Source of the DNA: the human T2T-CHM13v2.0 reference genome, Homo sapiens
Assembly (NCBI RefSeq): GCF_009914755.1
Contig: NC_060937.1
Direction: 5' to 3' (one strand)
DNA length: 64,000 nucleotides
Position 1 is the first letter of the stretch. The number at the start of each line of letters is the position of its first letter. The position numbers were made by a program, and so were the translations under genes. Below the pieces are notes generated by a model that was not told where the DNA came from, did no database searches, and was given only the letters and a program-made list of their open reading frames with translations. This document shows, one piece after another, positions 1-12,800 of the stretch.

Positions 1-899
1 CATAGAAGCAACAACTTGAAAGGAATGTGGGAGAGAGGATTCAATAACCAGATGGGTAGCTAAACTGGATAATCTTCAGTGAATATTAACACTGTGATTC
101 TATTCGTCTCTGCTTTTAACATTGTCGCTGCCAACAAACCATGTGACCTTGAACACTTTACTAACTTTGTCACTCTTTTACTTTTCCATTAGTTATATTA
201 AATGATCTCCATGCTTCAATCAAGCTATAACTTTTTACTTAATTAAAAAAGTACTATTGTTCTGCTTTGATACATGATTTTTCTGCTCTTCCTCATAGAC
301 TGGGTGTCCCATCAGTATATACCATGAGGTTTCCAAAGAAACTATCTCCAGAATTCTGTAACTGTTCAGATAAACACAATTAAGAGACATAGTTTCAAAT
401 GTATTTATTTTATGATAACTAAAAAAAGAAGTTTTTGAACATCATACAGTTAGAATTTTCTAATGTAGCCTTCAGTCTAAACATGTTTTATACGATGCAA
501 TTAATTTGGCTATTTTTTACTTCTAAAAATAACTACTGTTATATAAAATATGATCTTTCTTTAGATAATATGTATTTTTTAAAAGAATTAAACACATATG
601 TTCAATTAAGCTGGATTTAGAATTTCTTACTAGGAATACAGTTTTACAAATTCACACATGTATTTTTCTTTGTTATAAAATAATTCATCAAAAATGGTTT
701 GTTCTGGCATATTCTGTGTTGGATCAGGATGATTTTGCAGGCTGAGGATGTAAAGTCACATAAAATACAATCCCAACAGGTAAATTTTGTGTATATGTAA
801 ATTATACCTCAAATAAAGCTGTTAAGACAACCACCACCACCAAACCCTGACCAAAGAGAGGACATTATGAGGTGGAGGAGGAGCCTTGTTGACAGTCAA

Positions 900-1130
900 T
901 GGTAGACACTTTGTGGCAAGGTCTTCAGTTTAGACATGAGCAATGTTTTTGGAGGATTCAGAGGAGAAAGCAGCAAGCTCTATCAGGGGGGTAAGAAATG
1001 CTTGCTGGAGGAGGTGGAGCTTCACCTAAGTATTTAACTATAAGCAGATATTTTCCCAATGACTATACAGAAGCAAGGAATTCTAGGAGGAGGAAGCAGG
1101 ATTCTTAAAGTAATGGAGATGCAAAAGAGA
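900..1130 (-). mobile_element. L2 LINE 3' fragment (ancient)
   Basis: Purine-rich degenerate L2 antisense pattern (gcttgctggaggaggtggagcttcacctaag...gaattctaggaggaggaagcag); boundaries approximate. Confidence 0.5.
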
Positions 1131-1689
1131 TTCCCATTTTATGCTAGTTTCTGCTCCTAAAATAACTGCCTTTGTTTTTCATAACCAGTCCTACCATTAC
1201 ACAACAACTTTGCTGCTGTACCTTTTCAAAATTTTTGTTACTTCATTTAATCCTCTTCTAATTTACTTAGTGACTCTTATTATTTTTACCAAATGGTGAA
1301 CTTTCTACTGATTATAGACATTTGGGAATATGAAAGCACTATTCAAAGTCACAGGAGAAGGCAATACATTTCTGTGGCTCAGATAAGTTTAATAACTCCC
1401 TCACGGTCATACAGCTACTAAATGTTGCATCCAGAAGATGCAGCAAAATATTAGCAATGAAAATGCTGATGGTTTCAGTGAGAAATCAGGGTCAGATGTG
1501 GTAAAAACCTTCAGGCTAAATTCGACCCCACATTTCCTGACGATTTTTGGTCATGGCAGGCAGGAGCAAGAGTTCTAGCAGAGATGCTCCTGAGTGAGGC
1601 TGGTCTCAGAATTTTGTTCTTGCCTTTATTGCTTAAACAACCAGAGTTTAAGACTCAACTTTAACTTCAGGCACCTGTAACAAGAACAA

Positions 1690-1865
1690 CATAATAACAA
1701 TAGCAACAACAACAACAAAAATTCCGGAAAACTTACAAGGACTGTTCTAAGTTTCACCTGTATGAACTCAATGAATCTTCAGGAAAACCTTCTTGGGTAA
1801 GTACTATTATTAGTGTCCCATGCAATGAATACAGAGGTTAATTTATTTGACGAAGGTCATGTGGG
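1690..1865 (-). mobile_element. MIR SINE fragment
   Basis: aataacaatagcaac...ggactgttctaagt...aactcaatgaatcttca...gtaagtactattatt...gaggttaatttatttgacgaaggtca resembles antisense MIR. Confidence 0.55.
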
Positions 1866-2292
1866 CTTTGTAAATATGTTCGCTACCTGATGCTCAGTTT
1901 TCCTTATTACCCTGTATTACACATTTAGACTTTTATTCTGTTACTGAATGGCCATTCAGTTTCCCAGTGGCTAGGTTTTTATTATGTTCTGCAATTCTCT
2001 AGTGATGGGATCACCCATGCAGTGGGTCTTCTGATTCTGAAACTGTTTTCTCATCACCAGCTCTCAGGGAGTTCTTTTGAGTCCTCACCAATACTCCTGG
2101 AGCTCCCCTAAATATTAGTACCTCAGATCTGAAGCTTGTTTGAAAATTGAATCCTGGCTGCAGTGTTGATCTGTAATACTCAAGGTAATGGACTTAGCCC
2201 TATTTGTCACTGTCCCATTGGCTCTCCTCCTCATTAAGGAATATTTCCAGGCTCATAATTGTCTGCTCACTTGTGTCTAAAAAAGACTTAAG

Positions 2293-2702
2293 GGCTGGGT
2301 CAGTGGCTCATGCCTGTAATCCCAGTACTTTGAGAGGCCAAGGCAATAGGATTCCTTGAGCCCAGGAGTTCGAGACCAGTCTGGACAACATAGCAAAACT
2401 CCTCTCTACAAAAATAAAATAAAATAAAATAAAATAAAATAAAATAAAATAAAATAAAATAAAATAAAATAAAGTAAAGTAAAGTAAAGTAAAGTAAAAT
2501 AAAATACAAGTAAGAATTAGCTGGGCATGGTGGCTCACGCTTGTAATCCCAGCACTTCGAGAGACTGACACAGGAGGATTGCTTTAGCCCAGGAGGTCCA
2601 GACTACAGTAAGCTGTGATCGTACCACTGCACTCCAGCCTGGGTGACACAGCAAGACCTGTCTTAAAAAATAAATTAATTAAAAATAAAAATAAAATAAA
2701 AT
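2293..2702 (+). mobile_element. AluJ with expanded pentanucleotide middle linker
   Basis: ggctgggtcagtggctcatgcctgtaatcccag left arm; J-type ggattccttgagcccaggagttcgagacc; right arm 2516-2663; A-rich tail; degenerate TSD aaaaagactta/aaatagactca. Confidence 0.95.
2411..2505 (+). repeat. Compound pentanucleotide STR (AAAAT)12(AAAGT)5(AAAAT)2
   Basis: Units counted directly: 2411-2470 AAAAT, 2471-2495 AAAGT, 2496-2505 AAAAT. Confidence 0.97.
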
Positions 2703-4250
2703 AGACTCATGGCATGTTAGAGGTATCTAATCTGTTCTCACCACAACTCCCCAGTTACAGACAGTGAATGAATCTAGTTCAACTGACTATGGATGCAACT
2801 AAGAAATGGTAGCACAATTTATTCCTTTGCTCATATGACATGTCACAATGATAAATAATTAAATATGGTTTCATTCCCAATGATAAATTAAAACCAGGAG
2901 GTTTAAACTCAGTGGGATTGTTCTACATGAAGATTCTCACTCCCTTTGCTGTTCTCTGAATAGCAATTCAGACTAAGTATTTAACATCCTGAAAACAGTA
3001 GCGAAAAAAGTAGAAGATATAAATATTATAAAAGGCAATTCTTTCCTTTTGTCTTGAACTTTTAATTTTTTCCTCAGTCTTCTCATGTCCTTTGAATTTA
3101 CCAGTCAAGTTTATTTCTACACTGAACTCAGACATCAGTTATGCAAATCAAAGGCAACTTAAAAAAATTAGAATGCTTAGAATACTCTTTATAAAGGTTC
3201 ATTATGCACAAGGAATTTGTCATCTCCTAAATACCTCCAACAAATGTAGTAATTACCGTAGCAACTTAAAAGACTAGACTTTTTGGGCAAAGGAATTTTG
3301 ACAAGTTACTCGGTTATTTTCCAAGTTTATGATGGATTGCCGTCTAGAGAATTTTGTTATTCTGCACAGTCATCAACCCTATGACATTGTGATCATTTTT
3401 TAATGACATAAAGCTGCATTATGACTCTTAAATACTCATCCCAGAGGTTTATTTCTTTAGCATATTGGCACTTAGATAGTGAAGACTACACTTAAAGCAG
3501 TTTTTATCAGCAGACATGTTAGCATTTTTCTAAAATTCAATTACCTCTAGGCCTTGGGGTGTTTAGCAGATATGATAAGATTATTCACATAAATAGCATA
3601 GTGTATTTTCCATCAAATCTTCATTTAAGCTTTAACTAAATGAAAGTATGTTCTTTAATTCAAGTTTCCTCTCATTCTAGGAGGTGGCATAAAGTAATTT
3701 AAAGTGTTGATTTAAGATATAAGAAAGAGCTATGAACTACATAGTAGAATCATCCTTTCTCACTCTGGCTCCTAGAGCTCGGCTATTTCTCTGCTTCTTG
3801 ATGATCCAGCTGCCTTCTTAAAAATTGAGGAATTAAATTACCCAAATCTACTCTAACAGTTATTATCCTACACCACTTCAGAAAAAAAATGGTTTATTAA
3901 CTTCATAAACAATTACTGATTCATTAAAATTATCATAAAATTATTTATTCCTCAGGGGAAGCTGACGGTTGATATTTTACAAGTGAGTTTTCCAGTTTCC
4001 ATTCAAAATTAGAATCTCAAAGTGTCATGATACTAAAAACCTCATAGGCTCATGGTATGCAATGATGGAACATTTAGATGAAAAGTGAAAAAAATACTTC
4101 CAAATATCAATCAAATATTTTGTCTACATAGTATCAGACACTGAGATGTCTATAAATATTTTATTTTCTTACTTTAAACCAGATCTCATTACGTATTCTC
4201 ATTACAACCTGCTGAAACCAACTATATAAGTGTTTGGAAGTAAAATCATG

Positions 4251-4264
4251 ATTGTTATGCAAAT
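4251..4264 (+). promoter_or_regulatory. SOX2-OCT4 composite motif (candidate)
   Basis: ATTGTTATGCAAAT: Sox half-site ATTGTT abutting the octamer ATGCAAAT in canonical spacing; function not shown. Confidence 0.4.
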
Positions 4265-4407
4265 TCCACATTTTCTATATCTATTTTCTATGTCCTGAAG
4301 GTAACAAATATTATACTAGAAATATATTTTAGTGAAACATTATTTTTAATAGCTATCTTCTTTAGTATTTTGTAATGAGTGATTATAGTGAGAGACCATC
4401 TCAATAA

Positions 4408-4718
<311 letters not shown>

Positions 4719-4934
4719 TAAAGGGAAGTAATCTTTAACATCAACACCTGGTCAATGCTGTGCCCTTAGCCTCTAGCAATGCATGTAGAGCCCAACTTGC
4801 CCGTTACTAATTTCCTCAAGAATGATCTGATTTTTCTAGTAGATAATTCTTTTTTTGTTTTCTGTTCCCTCTACTGCCTCTTCTTTTGTCAAATTCTAGA
4901 AACCCTCTTGACTGTCTACATTTTTTATTTTTAA

Positions 4935-5150
4935 GGAACACAAGACTTGTAGTCAGCAAAAACTTATTTGAACCCCAACTTTGATACCTTTGTGGTTTGG
5001 GCAGAATTACTTAACTCAGAGCTGATTTCTCATATGTAAAAAAGGGATAACACTGACTATCTCAGAATCTTGTGTGAAAGAATTAAGATGCAATTTGTTA
5101 AATGGACCATGGTGTTTGTGTCCTAGAAGACATAAAGCAAATACTATTTT
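4935..5150 (+). mobile_element. MIR SINE
   Basis: gacttgtagtcag...ttgaaccccaacttt...tgggcagaattacttaac...tttctcatatgtaaaaaagggataa core. Confidence 0.7.
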
Positions 5151-5344
5151 ATTTTAAAAGCCCTGACTTTTGACTCCTGTAATTTTGGAAGTTCAGGGGT
5201 TTACTGCAATCACATTGTAATCCAAAAACTAAATGCACAACCCAAGAAGGTTCGATCTGAAGACTTCAGGTGATTTTATACTATGTAAGGATACAATACT
5301 AAATGTTTACCATTCCTAGCATCAAAACTGACAATGAAAAAATG

Positions 5345-5540
5345 TGTTGGTTTTGGAGCCAAAATTATTGTGTTTTTGAAATCTTCTGCTACTTAGCCTA
5401 GGCTGGTCATTTCCTCTAAGTCTCTCTCTGTGTGTCAAAGTAGATAATTATGTCCATAGGCGGGGTTGTTGCAGTGCAAATGCGATATAATATCTACAAA
5501 GTGGCTAATATATAGGTATTCAATCAATGGTGATACTTTG
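5345..5540 (+). mobile_element. MIR SINE (degenerate)
   Basis: ggttttggagcca...tctgctacttagc...gggttgttgcagtgcaaatgcgatataat...ataggtattcaatcaatggt. Confidence 0.55.
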
Positions 5541-5681
5541 ATTACCTCTCAGTGCATTTCCAGATATAAGCGCATATGAATAATTTGTTAAAATGTTGTT
5601 TAAGTCAAGTGATTTAGATGAATGTAAACTGGCACATATTCTGTGGCAGATATAATTAAAATGTAATGATTATTGACAGTA

Positions 5682-5852
5682 TTATTTATTTATTTAGAGA
5701 TAGGTCTTACTATGTTGTCCAGGCTAGAGTGCAGTGGCTATTCACATGATTAATCATGGTCCTCCACAGTCTTGAACTCCTGGGCTCAAGTGATCCTCCT
5801 GCCTCAGCCTCCTGAGTAGCTAGAAATAAAGGTGCACACCACTGCATCTGAC
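5682..5852 (-). mobile_element. FAM (fossil Alu monomer)
   Basis: Single 7SL-derived monomer with the FAM-specific gcagtggctattcaca segment; degenerate TSD tgacagtattatt (5674-5686) / tgacggttttatt (5853-5865). Confidence 0.85.
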
Positions 5853-7074
5853 TGACGGTTTTATTGTTAATGCAAGAAATATCTACATTTATTTTATAAA
5901 ATTAGTTTCCAAACTATTGGAGAGGTAGTGATCAGCTAGGTTCATAGTTTACAAGAGGACTAATTTCTAATAATCTACTCCCATAGTATGCATTTAGTAT
6001 TTAGTTGTTTCAGCTTTAGTTTTATAAAATTGAAAAAGTATGATTTTTTATAAAATTAATGAAAATATGAATGTATTACTGATACTAGAAATATTCTCCA
6101 AATGTAATATATAGGTATATGTAGATAGCTGTATGAGCTACTAAAGATAAAATATATACATGTGTATAGAAATGCATTTTTACCAATCACCAATCATATG
6201 AATAGAATAGGACTAACAGGACACTAAATAAAAATAATAGCTAAAATATAAACTGATATAAACCATAAAATTATGAATACAATATTGATGCTATAGACTT
6301 TATGATACAAATTAATATGAATTTTATTATAGTAAATATTTCAAGTAAAAAGTCCCACAAGAGTATTTCCCTTATATTTAATGGTTTCGGTTTTTAAGCT
6401 GAAAATCAGTAAAATATTTTAAAGAAAATAAACATTTTCGATATTTCAAATTTATGAAGAGTAATAAATACTAACAAATCACCTAGACAATTGTAAGGCA
6501 TTAATTTTAAAATAATCAAGCATTTTGTTGTGCTTCTTTTGACAGGAAATATTTGAATGAATATTTATCAAAGCATGAAGTCAGTCTACATCTTATTTTT
6601 GCCATAAATAAAAAAATATGTCCAAAATGTGAACATATTTTATTGTTACTGTGGAATGTAACATAAAAGTTTTCTAAAATTGTTTTTCCTAAATAAGGAA
6701 GATAATTTCATTATGGCAAATATTTTTAAAAGTCAGCATCCCTCTCCTCTGGCAGAGAATCTATGTAAGTGATCTTGAAAGACAGTGTAACATTACTCAC
6801 AAAACAGCCAGAATGAATGAAATAAACAATGTTCTCCTGCATCATCCTTCACTCCACTTCTTCACTCTACTCTAGGTACAGCTGGGAATCATAACTGTGC
6901 AGCATTAAACAAACTGTTTAAATTGGGTGTGAGGGCAGTCGCTTGCATATATGAAATAAACCTTTGTTATGGGTTTGGGAGAGTTAAGAAATAAAAAAAG
7001 GTTATAAATCTTTTATTCTAATATCACATAACTGAATATGATGACCAAGCCAAATACTTAAAACAGAATAATTA

Positions 7075-7460
7075 GTAATTCATTCTGTCATTTATTAATC
7101 TATGAACACTTTATTGAATGTCTACTGTCTTTGGGCACTAAGTGGGTATTACGAATTGTAGAGATACTGCTTTTCCTTCTGAAATGTTCCTATTTTCAGG
7201 TTGCAAGGAAGGCATAGAAGACATCGAGCATAATATCATCAATACTAAAGTAAGGATATTTAGAAAGATTTATAGACACTCAAAAAGGCTCACAGATAGG
7301 TAACATTTGAGCTGGATTTTGAAGGATGAAAAATATGTAGCTAGGGAACAAAAATCGAAGGTCATTTTTGGAAGAGAGAATCAACAAAAGAATAGAACCT
7401 TGAAAACTGCATGCACACTTAATGGAGATGGTTTGACTAGAGGGAAGTTCTAGACTTACA
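7075..7460 (-). mobile_element. L2 3' end fragment
   Basis: attcattc...tttattgaatgtctactgt...ggtaacatttgagctggattttgaaggatga typical of antisense L2 3' end. Confidence 0.7.
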
Positions 7461-7590
7461 TATAAATCAATGAAGATAATTCTATAGTTATGTAAAAAAA
7501 TACTATCAAACACACTAATTAATTTTAAAAAGCTTTGTTGAATGCTTAATCTGTACTAGAAACTGGGTTTAAAATACTTTCACTGTTTTC

Positions 7591-8985
7591 TTTAACTTTT
7601 TATTTTAAAATGATTTCAAACTTACAGAACTGTTGCAAAAACCATACAGAGAGTTTCCTTATGCCTTTTAGCTTCTGCTAATGCTAGTATCTTACATAAA
7701 CATGTTTCTTTAAAAAAATTAGGAAATTAGTTTTGGTAAATACTGCTAACTGAACCACAGACTTGATTAGGATTTCACCTTATTTTTGTCTAATATTTTT
7801 ATTCTCTTTCAGGATCCATCTCAGGATACCACATTGCATTAGTCATCATGTCTCCTTAATATTCTCCAATTTTGTGACAATGTCGGAGTTGTTCCTCGTC
7901 TTTGATGACCTTGGTACTTTTGAGGATTACTGGTCAGATATTCTATAGAATGTCCCTCAACTTAGGTCTGCCTGACTTTTCTCATGATTAAACTGAGGTT
8001 ATGGATTTGGAGACAGTCCCACAGAAGTGATGTGGCCATTTCAGTGTATTGCTGCATGATACCAACATGACTTAATACTGGTGATATTAACCTTGATCAC
8101 TTGGTTAAGGTCATGTCTGCCAGCTTTGTTCATGGTCTTCTATCTAATAGAAGCAAGTCAGTAAGTCCAGCTCATACTCAAGATGAGAGAAATTAACTAA
8201 CTTACTAGTGAGAAATTTATTAAAAAGTTTTTAGACATATGTCAGAACCACCAAAATAATTAATAAATGTTTTGGGAAGATATAAATAGTCCTTTTTCTC
8301 CTTACAGTTTTGCCCACTGATTTCGGTATACATCAGGGGATCTTGCCTGCAGCATTTCTTACTGTTGTATTCTAAGGGTGATTTTCTATTTCCCTCATTC
8401 CTTCTACAATTATTACTTTGATTTCTTAAGGAAAAATTGTCCCCTTCTATGTCCATTTATTTATTTATCCATATCATTTATTTATGTCATTATGGACTTA
8501 TATATATTTATTTTATTTTTGAGTTATAACCTGATACTATTATTGTTTCTTTTATTGCCCAAACTGTCTCATCTTTGTCCATTGGGAGCTTTTTCAGGTT
8601 GGCACGAGTGTTCTTTTGACATGCTTTCATCCTTTTTATTTTTTATTTTATTGAGAACTTATTCACTTTCTGTCACTACAAGAGGCTTCAGGCTCATCTT
8701 GCATTTTCCCTGCTCCAGCCCTGGAAGCAATCTTTTTTCAAGGGAGCCAAATTTCCTTTTAATGAAGCATGGTGTTTAGGAATCAATATCTGGATACTAA
8801 GTGTGCTTGCTACTACTGGAATGTCACTGACTAGGCAGACAGTGGCTGAGCTAAGAAAAACATACATGTAAACTCACCCACATATAGAGACACATTATTT
8901 TTTTTCCCATCTATTTGTGCACACACACATCCTTACACACACAAAATCATTCTGATATTTAAAACTCCAGTCTATCACTACAGGG
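7591..8985 (-). mobile_element. L1MC/L1MD-type 3' UTR
   Basis: ttttattttaaaatgatttcaaacttacagaactgttgcaa...caggatccatctcaggataccacattgcattag...tggtgatattaaccttgatcacttggttaagg. Confidence 0.8.
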
Positions 8986-9014
8986 TGAAGAGTAAACATA
9001 TAAACAATTCATGT

Positions 9015-9390
9015 TTTCATTTCTCCATTCAATAAATATGTATTGAATAGTTAGTAGATATCAGACACTGTAGTATACTGAGAATGCTGTAGTTAGGGAC
9101 TAAGTCAGATATGGCCACTGCTTTTATTAAACTTATATTAATAGCTCATGATGGGACATAAAAACAGAAGAAATTTAAATAGATAACTATGAAGATCCAT
9201 TAATGTGTTGGAGGTAGGGGGCTGGTTAACAGGGATCTGAATGCTGAAATGAGTGAGCCATGAAAAGATGTGAAGGAACAGCAATGCAGGCAAAGGAAAG
9301 AGGCAGAGCCAAGGCTCCAAGGCTGGAAGGAACTTGGCTTGATCCATTCTAGGTTCAGAATAAAGATCAGTGTTGCTGGAGCACTGGGAG
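9015..9390 (-). mobile_element. L2a 3' end fragment
   Basis: cattcaataaatatgtattgaatag...cagacactgt...gagtgagccatg...caaggctggaaggaacttggc...cagtgttgctggagca. Confidence 0.75.
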
Positions 9391-9684
9391 AAATACCTGA
9401 GTATGTATATTGTGAGGCATTAAAAAGTCCCTCAATATATACACCCTGTTAATGTTAGATTTAAGATTTTCTACCTAATTGAATTGTGGCTCTGGAGGAT
9501 GACAGCCTAGAAGCCACAAAATCAAAACTGTCTGGAAGGTTAAATACAGATAATAAGTCTTTTGATGGTCCGGATCTTTAAGTAACGCTTTATATGTTAG
9601 ACAGTAGGCACAATATTGGAGATGGGAATTGGTTCAAAACTTCCAGAGAAGGATCAGCGTAATGAAAGCTGACATTCCCTGGGT

Positions 9685-9890
9685 AGGTGGTATGTCCTAG
9701 GCACACTGCCATGTTCTTCGTCTATGTTATCTCATTTTATTCTCACAGCTCCAGGAGGACATAACATTATTGTAAGTACTTTATAGATGAGGAAACTGAA
9801 GCACTGACAGAGTAAGATATTTTCCTGAAGTCAGACAACTAGTAAGTGATATGAACCAAGGCAATCTGGCGCCAGACTCCACATGCTTCC
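9685..9890 (-). mobile_element. MIR SINE
   Basis: ttatctcattttattctcacagc...tttatagatgaggaaactgaagcac...tgaaccaaggcaatctggc. Confidence 0.8.
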
Positions 9891-12800
9891 TTCCTGCCCT
9901 GTTTTGATTTTTAATCTGAAATGAGAAGAACTATGGAAAGAGGATATCAGCTCTTATAAAAAGAAGAAAAACAGAAATTATGACTGATTTATAAAGAGGT
10001 GTTACTTTTATAGAGAAATAGTTTCAACTACAAAGGTTTTTATTGTATTTTATAGATTGGAAAGTATTATTTTCATGTCTCACTTTGTGAATCTATAATA
10101 ACAACAAAGTGTTTTTAAGTACTTAGAAGTAAATAAGATTAATTTGGTAATTTTAAGAAGCTAATCACAGACAAGGTCAATAACAAATGCATACATAATT
10201 CTAACATGTACATAATGCGTTACTGTTTTAAAGTGTTTTCAAATGTGTGACTGTTTCTTATAACACCAGGAGGAAGTATAGGATATCCATTTTGGAGGTG
10301 AGGAAAGATTGGGGAGTAATATGTCCAAGTAATCCCACACTTAAAGACACATAAAAGATAATTAAAATATTTCCATAAGGATGTGTCTTAACAACTAATA
10401 ATTGTATTCACAAACTGTGAATGAGAAGTTAATTATATCTAATACTTAATTAACAAAATTGCCATGATATTCTCAAATGGTTGATATTTTATTTTTATAT
10501 GGCATAGATTATTATAAATATGTCATAAATCGGTGATAAAATTTCAGATGTGGAAGGTAACACATTGACCTCTTTCTTTAACCTCCTTGGAATTCTCTTT
10601 GTGTGAAAGAACTCAGATTCCCAACATATCTCCTGCTGAAAATGTTTTATACTATTTTTTTATATAAGGTAATGAATATTAGAGAGGAATACTTTCTGTT
10701 TTACAGGCAGTATCTATTATTTTGGGATGGTGTATAATTTAATGATATGAATTTTTGCAATGCAAATACGCCACAGACAACTTATTTCTATCAATGACAA
10801 ATTACATGACTGCTTATACAGTAAAGAAAGTATGTCTTTACTGCTGTTTCCACATTGTATATATACCCTGTCTCCTTTCTGTGATGCCTTCACTGGGGAA
10901 GTCTTGAATTAGTAACCTACTCTTTTAAATATAAGTTCATAATTTTCTTTTCCATGATATAAGTCCATGTTTTCTTTTCCACTTACAGTAAGAATGCTAA
11001 CACATAGAATGACTTCAGAAGGCCCAATGTCTTTGTGCCTGATTGGACAGGGACTCTTCTCTTGATGTTATCTGACTCTGAGGTTTTCTTCTTTTGTAGG
11101 GTATGTTTCACACTATTTGGAAGAATATGCTTTTTTGTCTTGGATGTAAACTACTCTGGACATTACTAAATACACCCATAATTATAAAACCTATGACTTA
11201 AAATTTATTGTCAAGGGCCTTGTACTTTAGATTTTACAATGAACATCATGATAGCAAGTCAGTAATATTAACTGATCTAATGTCAACTAAAATTCCCTTA
11301 GGATAAAATATTTCAATTAGTTTCTATGTAAAGAGTTTTTCTTGATGTCTTTACTTGTGAAAAATTCCACTGTTTATACAATGTCTTATTGAGAAAAAAA
11401 AGAAACACATTTTTCTTGAGATTAAGGTAATGTGTTTCTAAACAGAATTGGGAAGAATCAGAGATGTCATTAAAATCAGGATAAAGTAAGAACAAAATAA
11501 ACCCAGAGAAAGAGGAGTAAGTTCATAGCATAACATTGGGGAAAAGGAATTTCAATAGAAAGAAGCATGCCTTTATTGAGTTTGATGAGTTCAGCTACAA
11601 ACCCAAGGGACATGTTTTCTGGACAAAAGACCTTCTCAAAACAAAATACAGGAATATTCGGGAGAAAGTACCAGAGGTGTCAGTCATACAAAGTTGCTAG
11701 TATATAAGACTATCAAACAATTAACAATATCACCTCTCAGAGTTCATCAGTGCACTTTTTTTCTTTACCTTCATCTTTGATACATCGAACTATTGTCAAT
11801 AGAATTATTTTACACAGTGTGAGTTCCATCTGTTAATATCTATTTTGGAACAAATAAAAAGGTAGCCTCTTGATAGTACTGTACAGAACAAGGTAATTAC
11901 TGAGTCTAGGTAAAGACAAAAGAAAAACTTAGCTAAAATGCATTTGCTGTTGTTGATGTTACTATTTCCCAAGGACCTTTTAGCATCTCACCAAACCCTT
12001 ATCGATACCACAGAAGCCCAGAAATACAGTTGCAACCATATATGCTGGGCATGTAGAACTCAAATAATCACTAACTCCATGGACAACTGCAATGACATTA
12101 GTGCACCTGAAAAAATATTCCTTTTGTCCTTATTAAGACCTCAAGTTGGGGCATGAAAGATTTTGTGCTTGGAAGTAAACATAATTAAGTTAGGTTGAGT
12201 AGTCTTCGAAGCAAAACTGAGAGGTCAACAGGATAATTACAATTATTGCTCTTCCAGTTTTACCTGAATAATTGGAGGAGGGGAAGAAAGATCACATTCT
12301 ACTAGTGTCACGTCCAAACATAAGCTGTAGTGCCTCTTCACACACTGCTCCACAGTGGGCGCTGTCTCCTGGCCTCTGTATTGCACTGTTAGCCTCCTGT
12401 GACTCAGATTTACTACTTTATTCTTCAAGAGGGCTGGACTTTAATCTCTATTCCCAGAGAACTGTCTAATGAAAACTCCAACTATTATACTGTCCATGAA
12501 GAAATCTTTAGAAAATTGCTTGAATCAATACATAGAAAAATGATTTCTGGGGCATCTTAAAAAATTGAACTTACTATATGGCCAACTTCTTTCCCTGCCC
12601 TCTCTCTATATTTGATAAGGACTTCAAATTGAGCCAGATGCACACATTTCTTTTTCTCTCTCTTCTCTCTCATATATGTTTATGATATGATATAATAGTT
12701 CTTACCAGGCCTCAAAACCCTTGCTTGCAATCAATGCTCATAACTAGATCTTTATATCCATAAAGAGCTGCTGATTCTTATTCAAACATTCCACTGGAGC

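Noticed and set aside
2300-2571. ORFs with LFYFI repeats
   Set aside because: Translation of the (ATTTT)n array and antisense Alu; not a protein
8378-8779. 133-aa hydrophobic ORF resembling a membrane protein
   Set aside because: Lies in the T-rich antisense strand of an L1MC/MD 3' UTR
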